From Octopus bimaculoides (taxonomy: Eukaryota): 44,685 nucleotides of DNA. Location of the stretch: positions 79,509,799 to 79,554,483 of the forward strand of contig NC_068989.1 of assembly GCF_001194135.2 (NCBI RefSeq), given 5' to 3'. A program made the position numbers and the translations under genes. Positions 31,921 to 42,121 of this stretch are shown here, piece by piece; positions within the stretch are counted from its first letter, which is position 1, and every line of letters begins with the position of its first letter. The notes below the pieces were generated by a model, which saw only the letters and a list, made by a program, of their open reading frames with translations, was not told where the DNA came from and ran no database searches.

Positions 31921-33049
31921 CTCCTACTAGACATACATTACCAAATAATCAGAGATTGATTAACTAACGTATAAAAACATAATTGAACATAACAGTGCGA
32001 CAGCACCTTGTTATTCATTCGTCAGCTGTTGGATGAGACAGGCAGATATACCTTGGCGATAGGTTTAGTAGTTACACTATTTCTGATGATTTCATGACAT
32101 AAGCCATTTAATTCCGAGAATAACAGATATTGATAAAGAAATACGTGTTAGAGCGTATTGAATATACGTACAAACCTATCTTCATACACGTTTTCTACAG
32201 ACTCACGCATTTTTATGTATAAGTACACACACACACATACACGCGCATGTACGCATACACACACATTATGAATGTAGTTGTGTGTGTACATATACCATTC
32301 AACCGCACATGTTTTTCTTTACAAGTCAGAAATTTCTGTGACAGCCGTTAAAATACACTTTCAGATGCGAAAGTACGCGTCATTACGCTCACATTGTTAA
32401 TATATTCGGGATAGGCATGCAAATTGTTATTTGCTCGCATACACTCAAATATACGCACAAACACACACATGTATATATGAAATCCCGATACTACTTGGAA
32501 ACACCAGTGCTGCCACCTATGACAATACACTGCAGTTAGACCACATTATATCATTTATGTTCATTTTATATGGTCTGATATATCTTACTGTCTATTTTAC
32601 TGTATCCATCGTTGCTCTATTAAATTTTATTCAATTATAAAACTCGCGCTCGTTTCCTTTGCAATGGCAACTGTAAAGAATGATTTTATTCACGTAACGC
32701 TTGCATGACAACTACTTCAGTCAATATAATTCATTTATGCTCCATTTTCAGTTAATTACTTTTAGAATATTGATATCCAATTTCCCCTTTGTTAGGATGT
32801 GTCGAAACTATCTACTTGTCAAATAACATTCAGTGAATCCAGAGGCTAGAAAATTAACGTTTCTTCGAAGACTTTATCCTTCTATTCACTTCAAAGTCCA
32901 CCCTAGTTGATAATATAATTGATTATCTTTCTCGGTAGCTTAGAGCTTAAAACCTAACTGGAAGTCTATGTTATCTTTTGCGCCATCGACTAAATGGTAT
33001 GTTCAATATAATACGACAATTAGCCGTCGGTGCTTTTCTAAACACTCAC

Positions 33050-33209
33050 TAGATTGATTTAACAGAAAACATTTCGGATAGGCGTTTGGCTAATTTCGAA
33101 TCGATTGGGGTATCTTTTCCATGTATAACAAAATCATTTACAAGTGTAGGCGAATGCTTGATTACGCGTATGTCTATGTGGTGTTGGAAATAAGGGAAAT
33201 AAAATACAG
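33050..33209 (-). CDS. Candidate internal exon, phase 1 to 2 ([AVFYFPYFQHHI]DIRVIKHSPTLVNDFVIHGKDTPIDSKLAKRLSEMFSVKSI(Y)); two in-frame acceptors at 33209 and 33173
   Basis: Acceptor ttttttttttctttgctag, consensus donor CTA|gtgagt; the donor falls exactly where the ORF would otherwise hit TAG. Confidence 0.58.
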
Positions 33210-33288
33210 CTAGCAAAGAAAAAAAAAAGAGAGAAATAATTTGGTTAAGATGAAAGACCACAAAACGTAAGCTAATGAGCCAATTTTA

Positions 33289-33293
33289 TATAT

Positions 33294-33344
<51 letters not shown>

Positions 33345-33481
33345 AATAGATAGATAGATACATACATACATACATACATACATACATACACACATTTCAT
33401 ACATTCTTGCCTACATACCAATATATATACATATATATACATATATACATATATACAGATATACATAATATATATGTATAT

Positions 33482-33566
<85 letters not shown>
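33289..33566. repeat. (GATA)n-(CATA)n-(TA)n-(GA)n compound repeat followed by a purine-rich tract to about 33870
   Basis: Directly visible. Confidence 0.96.
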
Positions 33567-33569
<3 letters not shown>

Positions 33570-33884
33570 AAAGAGAAGAGAAGAGAAAGGAAGTGAAAGA
33601 GATCGTAAAAGAAGTTGGTGTTATGTATGTATGAAATTTTATAAATTGGTCAAGGTTAAACATTTATGAGGCCTGAGATAATGAGAGATGGACATAAAAA
33701 ATACAGAAAAGTAAGAAGAGAGAGGGAGAGTGGAGATGGACGTGGGAGAGAGAATGAGTGGGGATAGATGGAGGGAGAGATGGACAGAGACAGTGGAGAT
33801 GGAGGGAGAGAGAGAAAGAGAGAAGGAGAGAGAGAAGGATCGAGGGTGGGAGAGAAAAAGAAAAGGAGAGGGATTCAGAAACAG

Positions 33885-34018
33885 ATCTAGAGTTCTTCTG
33901 TCTTTATGTTCTGAGTTCAAATTCCACCGAGTTCTACTTTGCCTTTCATCCTGCCGGGGTCAAGCACTGAGAGCCCCAAAATTTCAGACCTTGTGCCTAT
34001 ACTCAGAAAGAATTATTC
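33885..34018 (+). mobile_element. SINE family A with internal deletion
   Basis: tctgtctttatgttctgagttcaaattccaccgagttctactttgcctttcatcc ... ccccaaaatttcagaccttgtgcctatactcagaaagaattatt. Confidence 0.85.
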
Positions 34019-34023
34019 CTGGT

Positions 34024-34047
34024 GTTGTTGTTGTTGTTGTTGTTGTT

Positions 34048-34092
<45 letters not shown>

Positions 34093-34173
34093 CTTCTTCT
34101 TCTTCTTCTTCTTCTTCTTCTTCTTCTTCTTCTTCTTCTTCTTCTTCTTCTTCTTCTTCTTCTTCTTCTTCTT
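34024..34173. repeat. (GTT)23 (one ATT interruption) followed by (CTT)27
   Basis: Directly counted. Confidence 0.98.
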
Positions 34174-34468
34174 TCACTCCTTCTTTCTATTACTTTTACG
34201 GAAGGCATTTTGCTATGGTGACACTCTTAACTTTATACATATTGCGTATTCATCACAAGGAAAAAAGTGAAAATAAATATATACATATTTAACGTATCTG
34301 TGTATGTATATATACACGCACACACGCACCCACACACAAATTTGCTTGCGTGGATGTTTGCAATATTATGGTTTCCTCTTCTGATTGTACTGAGAGCTCT
34401 TTAAGTATCACTTTTTTTTCTGAATGTCATAGATATATAAGATTGGGATGCAAACACACATTGCTAAC

Positions 34469-34800
<332 letters not shown>

Positions 34801-35727
34801 ATAATGCTGATGCGTATGTGCATGTCCTTATTTTATATGTATACAGTGACATTGTCTCTGTGCGTTCATATCTGCAGATGGATAAATACTTGAATAGATA
34901 GCTAAATGGATAGCTTGATACAGAGCAAGATTGAGTCGTTTTGATATTAATAACTAATATCCAAGCAATGGAACATGATTTACACAGCCATCTTTCCATG
35001 CAGTGAACTACAAACATGACATTGTGCCCAATTTAAAAGACATCATTATGCTACTCGTAAAAAAATATACAAATACAAACATTAATTTACTATGCACGTT
35101 GCCACATCAAATATTAAATTGAAATAGGTTTTTTTCTGTTAATAACTTCCTTTCAAAATTCTTATGCGAATGTGATATGATATTTTAATTTTTAAGTTTT
35201 ATCTCCAAGATATATGATTACAAATAAAAATACATACCCACATATGTATATATATATATATATATATGCACAGATACAGCTGCATACACACACACATACA
35301 TGCACACATACACACGCATGAATATATATACGTACGTACGTATGTGTATGTGGTTGTGTGTGTGTGTGTGTGTGTGTATTATTTAATGGAATTTTAAATA
35401 AAAACTGTGGCCAGTAGTTTCAGAATGACATATTTGCTAATAAGTATTCATCGTGGGAATATCGCTTACGTCCTACGAAAATAACGGGTGAAAGATTTCT
35501 CTTCGGTGGAGAAATCAGTTATGTTCCATTGTCAAATTCTTTGGAGAACGAACCTATACGAAATCAACAGTTCTTGATTTTTTTTTTTTATTCAGTTTCT
35601 ATTAAAATCATACTGTCCATCTTTCCGGTAGTGAGTATTCCTTTCATTTCGCTATTAATGTATGTTTCAATCTATTTGTCACTCCACATATTTTTGAACT
35701 TATATTCATAGAAACGGTATGATATAT

Positions 35728-36555
35728 TGTTATAGGGAATTGGTAATAATAGTACACCCCTCCCATGTGAAGAATGGAATAACCTAGTCACTATAAGTAA
35801 AGAGAGGTACGTGAAATACCAGAGTACGTAGCAGGCCGTCAGAGATAGTAGTGTCTTTACTGGTTTTACTAAGTATACTATATACCGAAGTGGGCGTTAT
35901 AATAAGCCAACGTAATAAGGATTGTAACAGTCGTGATGAGGATTTAAGCAACTCATGAGGAATTAATTAACTCGACGAGTATAGACCAATTCACGTGTAG
36001 TTAATAGAAACTGGAAGAGGAGTTGATAAACTCACAAAGTCGGAGAACGAATTTTACGTAAAAAAATCGTGAAAGGATGGAAAATTTGTTGGCAGGTTTG
36101 CTCGAGTTTCAAAAAGAGCAACAATAACAGCTGAAAGAACAACAAGAACAGCAGATACAACTGCAAGAGCAACAACAGAAGTAACAACAATGAAAAATAA
36201 TATTACAGCAACAAATGCTGCAATTACTGAAATCATCAGGAAAGTGAGAATAGATGTTCTAGACAGACTATGTCGCCAATTCTTTAAAAGATTTGAAATA
36301 CGAACCTGACCAAGGAGTTACCTTCACAGCATACCAGAGAACATATGAGCAAATCTTCGAGAAAGAATGGAAAGATTGGGACGACGGGATGAAAACGCGC
36401 TTAATCTTGAGAAAACTGGCAGCAACAGAACATGGACTATGCAGTAATTATATATTAAATTTTCAGTGAAAAAAAGTCAGTGTTCAAAACACATTAGAAG
36501 TGCCTGAACATAGAGAAAACAACGATGACAATTACATCACATATGCTGGAGGTGA
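35728..36555 (+). mobile_element. Gypsy/Ty3-type LTR retrotransposon relic: 5' LTR 35728-35929, PBS about 35930-35943, truncated gag 36077 to about 36555
   Basis: LTR termini TGTTA...TAACA; PBS gtcgtgatgaggat resembles a CpG-decayed GTGGCGACGAGGAT. gag: MENLLAGLLEFQKEQQ..., then DYVANSLKDLKYEPDQGVTFTAYQRTYEQIFEKEWKDWDDGMKTRLILRKLAATEH...FSEKKSVF..H*KCLN, resembling the gag N-terminus of K02A2.6-like Gypsy elements (recalled pattern). Confidence 0.75.
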
Positions 36556-36559
36556 TCCA

Positions 36560-36775
36560 ATAATTTATGTTCTCCACTAGGTCACTCTCTCCATCAAATT
36601 GATATTGTTTGTACCTGTGCACCGTGTGCCAGACTTCAGGTATCAATCTGATAGTTAAGCAATGTGCAATGAAGTATTTTGCTCAAGAAAGACCCGCATT
36701 GCACAGCCAGGAATCGAAAACACGGCATTGCGATCGTTAGTGAAACATCCTGGCACCTAGTTTACATGCCTTCAT
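36560..36775 (-). mobile_element. SINE family C 5' portion, diverged
   Basis: aatgaagtattttgctcaagaa...ccaggaatcgaaaacacggcattgcgatcgttagtg...catgccttca is the reverse complement of the family C head (tgaaggcgcatg...ttcgattc). Confidence 0.65.
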
Positions 36776-37850
36776 ATATATAAATAGTCGAGAACAGAAT
36801 AAAACAAATTTAGTTTGTCATTTTAACTTCACGAATTGCATAACCTTTACATGTGTTTCACTTGTGAATATTAGTTTGTTGTGTGGCAGACGATTGCATA
36901 ATTGCCTTGAAAGATAAGATCTGAAGAAGAAAATCGTAATTATTCTACAATAATTTCCATTATTGGATTATATTGGAGATACATTATTTACTGCTTATTT
37001 TTATATTTCAGACATCTTTTGGGAGAAAAATTTCAGACTAACTCTGTGAATGCTCTCCATTAAAAGTTTCAACTGGATTTGGACTGCTCCCTGGAGGTAT
37101 TTTCACCTAATGTATCCTTTGTATGAAGAAGTTGTATGTATGTATGTATGTATGTATGTATGCAAAAACCATGAAGTGGGATTAATTTAAAATGCTATAG
37201 TAAAGTACGTTTAGACTTATTTACACAAATAATAGGAACCATAGATAAGATGTGAAATTAAAATTCCATTATATATATTGGACTAAAATTTTAAAATTAA
37301 ACTTATATATCTAATATCATTTAAAGGACACATAAGAGATGAAATTTATTATATAACTAATTTTAAAATTAAACTTATATATTATTGATTATTTACATTA
37401 CTATACACTATTTATTTTTATGTCATTATTAATTCATAATTAGCTTTTATTTATTCACATATTAATTAAGTGAATATTAGTATCTCAAGTATTTCAAACT
37501 TAGCATATGTAAAACAAGACTGATACATTATTCTGATTAATGAAAACTATGAATAACCATTTACCGTATCTGTACACAACATAGCAACTTTATTTTATAT
37601 ACTTTTGACCTAGGTGCCTTATGTTAAAACTTCCCCTACTCCATTATAAACTGGTCTGCTAGTAGAGAACCCCCCACCTATAGTAGTTTGCCACTAAACC
37701 CCCACCAAAATTTATAACTATATTATTCATGTTTACTGTCTATACGGTTTACCCCTTTCCCTTTCCCTACAAGGAAAATGCTGGTGCCCTCTTAAGTTTT
37801 GAATCACCAGGTCTGATAAGATGATCCCTAAATCAGAAACAAACAAAAAA

Positions 37851-38218
37851 NNNNNNNNNNNNNNNNNNNNNNNNNNNNNNNNNNNNNNNNNNNNNNNNNN
37901 NNNNNNNNNNNNNNNNNNNNNNNNNNNNNNNNNNNNNNNNNNNNNNNNNNNNNNNNNNNNNNNNNNNNNNNNNNNNNNNNNNNNNNNNNNNNNNNNNNNN
38001 NNNNNNNNNNNNNNNNNNNNNNNNNNNNNNNNNNNNNNNNNNNNNNNNNNNNNNNNNNNNNNNNNNNNNNNNNNNNNNNNNNNNNNNNNNNNNNNNNNNN
38101 NNNNNNNNNNNNNNNNNNNNNNNNNNNNNNNNNNNNNNNNNNNNNNNNNNNNNNNNNNNNNNNNNNNNNNNNNNNNNNNNNNNNNNNNNNNNNNNNNNNN
38201 NNNNNNNNNNNNNNNNNN
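37851..38218. other. Assembly gap
   Basis: N run. Confidence 0.99.
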
Positions 38219-38577
38219 ATATATATGTATATACGTAATGCAAGATAAGACATGTGATTATTTACTTTCCAATTTCCATACAGGCACTACAGTGCCAAGT
38301 ACTTTGTGATTTCGTGAAATTAATTTTATGTAATCACTAGGTAATTGGCAATGAATCTTATGTAAACATGTCGTAAATAAATATATTCACACTGTATTCT
38401 TCTGTCTTGAATTATTTATGCGTATTTATTCTATGGCTATTAGAGTTCACTAACTAGTAATATGGTATTATCTGTGTAGTACCAAGAGTTTCTTTCGAGG
38501 CATCTCTTTCGGAGTGTAATGAGATATACCGCGTTCAAACTCACTGGTTATATGTCGTGCACTTTAATAGGTACTCA

Positions 38578-38695
38578 ACATGCATGCACACACTCACACT
38601 TACACACACATACACACATACATACATACAAGCATGCATATACACACATATGTATACACACATATGTATTCAAATACGTATATAAATATATATAC

Positions 38696-38726
<31 letters not shown>

Positions 38727-39690
38727 CATATATATATATACATATATATATANNNNNNNNNNNNNNNNNNNNNNNNNNNNNNNNNNNNNNNNNNNNNNNN
38801 NNNNNNNNNNNNNNNNNNNNNNNNNNNNNNNNNNNNNNNNNNNNNNNNNNNNNNNNNNNNNNNNNNNNNNNNNNNNNNNNNNNNNNNNNNNNNNNNNNNN
38901 NNNNNNNNNNNNNNNNNNNNNNNNNNNNNNNNNNNNNNNNNNNNNNNNNNNNNNNNNNNNNNNNNNNNNNNNNNNNNNNNNNNNNNNNNNNNNNNNNNNN
39001 NNNNNNNNNNNNNNNNNNNNNNNNNNNNNNNNNNNNNNNNNNNNNNNNNNNNNNNNNNNNNNNNNNNNNNNNNNNNNNNNNNNNNNNNNNNNNNNNNNNN
39101 NNNNNNNNNNNNNNNNNNNNNNNNNNNNNNNNNNNNNNNNNNNNNNNNNNNNNNNNNNNNNNNNNNNNNNNNNNNNNNNNNNNNNNNNNNNNNNNNNNNN
39201 NNNNNNNNNNNNNNNNNNNNNNNNNNNNNNNNNNNNNNNNNNNNNNNNNNNNNNNNNNNNNNNNNNNNNNNNNNNNNNNNNNNNNNNNNNNNNNNNNNNN
39301 NNNNNNNNNNNNNNNNNNNNNNNNNNNNNNNNNNNNNNNNNNNNNNNNNNNNNNNNNNNNNNNNNNNNNNNNNNNNNNNNNNNNNNNNNNNNNNNNNNNN
39401 NNNNNNNNNNNNNNNNNNNNNNNNNNNNNNNNNNNNNNNNNNNNNNNNNNNNNNNNNNNNNNNNNNNNNNNNNNNNNNNNNNNNNNNNNNNNNNNNNNNN
39501 NNNNNNNNNNNNNNNNNNNNNNNNNNNNNNNNNNNNNNNNNNNNNNNNNNNNNNNNNNNNNNNNNNNNNNNNNNNNNNNNNNNNNNNNNNNNNNNNNNNN
39601 NNNNNNNNNNNNNNNNNNNNNNNNNNNNNNNNNATATATATATATATATATACATGTACATATGTTTACATACACATACACGTATATAAA
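38578..39690. repeat. (CA/CATA/TA)n with assembly gap 38753-39633
   Basis: Directly visible. Confidence 0.97.
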
Positions 39691-40717
39691 ACCGAACGAA
39701 AAATATACAAATATCGTTAGATAGTTGGTTCTCCCTCAGTTTTGACGAAGATGATTTAGATGATTAACCAACTGAATTCCGTGCACATTAATCTATATAT
39801 GCATTCCACTGTCATGTGTAGTATTTAACATATTTCTTGAGCAGAATCCACGTGACAAAGTGCGTATCATGACTGTACCTTTGAATAACTGCTACAATCT
39901 ATTCGAAGGCTTTTCATACATTTTCCTATACATTATTCCATTCCTAAGATATGGGTCAATTTGTGGCCATAGAATATGGCACTTGCTGATTATGCCGAGG
40001 ATTTGAAAACGAGGCCTCGTGAAACGAACTTCTTACCGAATTGGCCATCGCGTAATTACACACAAATACATACACGTACACACACATATACTCATATACA
40101 CACACATACAAATACAAGTACATTTGCATCAACATTATATCCGTATTTTATGAACAACCAAAAGAAATGTACAAAGAACACAATGTTCGAGAAAGCGTGC
40201 AAGAAAGTTTGATATCGCTGCCGCGTTTGATATCTTCATTTGAACTTCGAATGGGAACAGGTTAAATAATTTCTTTAAAAAAATCTGCTCGCCTCCTGAG
40301 GAACAAAGGGATGCTAAAAAACATCCATTTATGATTGCGATGATAAATAACTATACAATTTAGCTATAACTAAAAAAACTATGTGCAAGCGAAGAAAGTA
40401 TGAACTGTACCGGAAGCATTTTGATAGAGATTCTCACATGTCAATCCTGGAAATATCAGTGATATCTTATGAAATACTAATAATAGGCTCACACATCAAA
40501 CACTTCATGAATAAATGAGAACTTTGAGAGATGCTCGCAAAATACGGAACTATAAAAAGAACACATTGTGATTAGAAAAGGAGCAGCCTTCCAAGAATAT
40601 GGATGAGTTTTGTATCAATAAATTATTCTATTCTAATCTAAGACTACATAATGTATCCCGGAGAGAAAGGATAAAAGTGAAACAAATAATTGTGTTTCTT
40701 TGTTACTTGAAACAAAG

Positions 40718-40719
<2 letters not shown>

Positions 40720-40775
<56 letters not shown>

Positions 40776-40980
40776 TTATATATATTTAAATTCACTCCTC
40801 ACTCCGTCTCTACAATCATCCAACCATCCATCCACCTGACCAACCAACTAACCACCCAACCATCCATCCATTCATCCATCCATCCATCCATCCATCTATC
40901 CATCCATCTATCTATCCATCCATCCATCCATCCATCCATCCATCCATCCATCCATCCAGACAGACAGACAGACAGACAGG
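40720..40980. repeat. (CT)n, then (CCAT)n and (CAGA)n
   Basis: Directly visible. Confidence 0.95.
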
Positions 40981-41719
40981 CATATATATGCAATGCATCG
41001 GAGGAAGAAAACCCGGCGCAAGTTCCTGTGGCACGCCTAGCTGACCCCAAGTTTTTGAGTTCATTCCCCACTCAAGGTGGCATTTAAATAATAGCAGGAC
41101 ATCTAGGAGTCACTATCTCGGTGGGTCCGGCTCCATTAGAGTGTCAGGAACTAATGGACCGAATCCTTTTTTTTTTTTGACAGAAATTCTCTGAAGATTT
41201 CTCCAGCTATCCGCTCGCCGCGCAGCGAGTTTCGTCTCACCATATGTAAACACACACATATAAACACACACATATAAACACACACACACACACGCACATA
41301 TGTGTGTGTGTGCCAGTTTAATTGAAACAAGAACCTTTACATAGCCACTCGTCCATCTATGTTAATCTGGACGTTTTATAATTCGTACACTTATATTTAT
41401 TCCTCATAAAGTTAGCGCTGCCACCCCGAATATAGTTAGCATATTTTGCTAAAGTTTACCAAACTAATTGCGTTAAATACTGGAAAGAGAAAAAGAAGCT
41501 ACCTTTAAAGTAATTTAAATTATAACAGGTTTGTAACGTCTGTATATGATTTTCCTTTTACATGTTATCTAAATGTTATTCTAGATTTTTACATGATTCT
41601 TTTTACGTGTTATCTAGATCTCTCTTAAATCTATATATTTACATAATTATTTATAGACACATGCCAGCTATAGTAAACATTTTTAACACAAACACTTTGC
41701 CACTTGATATATCAGGGTT

Positions 41720-41960
41720 TTAATAAACACACATGGGATATCAGTCGTCAATCAACCTGCTGAAAAGAGCAATTAAATCTCTCACAAATCGCAGTTGAGT
41801 TCCTGATACCTAAACAAGATTGTCTCGACCGTAACACCTTCCATCATTGGTTTGCGACTACAACTGATCTGAGATTACGGTTAATTTTGCTGAATTGCAA
41901 GTCAACAAAGAAAGGCCTCTACTCGTGTGAGTGACTTGCTAGATATATCAGTCACATTTA
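41720..41960. mobile_element. Repeat family D fragment
   Basis: caacctgctgaaaagagcaattaaatctctcacaaatc and gacttgctagatatatcagtc are similar to the 8790 motif; the 41815-41860 segment is reverse-complement-similar to 7600-7645. Confidence 0.45.
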
Positions 41961-42068
41961 CGTCTTTAATTAGGAAACATGCCTTAGAAAATGTTGTTCC
42001 ATGCTTACAAAATAACGAGATAATGTATATACTATTATATACATGCATACGCAAACTTGTTTATACAG

Positions 42069-42121
42069 GTTCTTGCAGGCGATGAGGAGCGCCCGCGCAG
42101 AAGGATTTCAGATTAATATTG
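42069..42121 (+). CDS. Candidate 53-nt plus-strand exon (FLQAMRSARAEGFQINI, phase 2 to 1)
   Basis: Acceptor cttgtttatacag, strong donor TTG|gtaaga; GC-rich block in very AT-rich flanks; only one of three frames is open. Could be non-coding. Confidence 0.45.

Noticed and set aside
34010-34092. Idea that ATT-to-GTT tail conversion reflects A-to-I editing of SINE RNA
   Set aside because: Other tails change T-to-C on the SINE strand (AAT to GAT on +), and GTT-to-CTT is not an editing change; ordinary mutation plus slippage suffices.
36851-36920. 70-nt minus-strand exon candidate (SYLSRQLCNRLPHNKLIFTSETH)
   Set aside because: Ends in phase 0, which fits no downstream candidate; cannot be supported without transcripts.
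38519-39724. Longest ORFs in the track (350-400 aa), and similar ones at 1649-1921, 10046-10418, 26996-27804, 27922-28318 and 37821-38309
   Set aside because: Made of N-gap X runs and YI/HT/CV dinucleotide-repeat translations.
41132-41158. 8-bp hairpin tccattag/ctaatgga (a similar one at about 10796-10821)
   Set aside because: Stems of 8 bp are expected several times by chance in 45 kb; no recognisable RNA motif.
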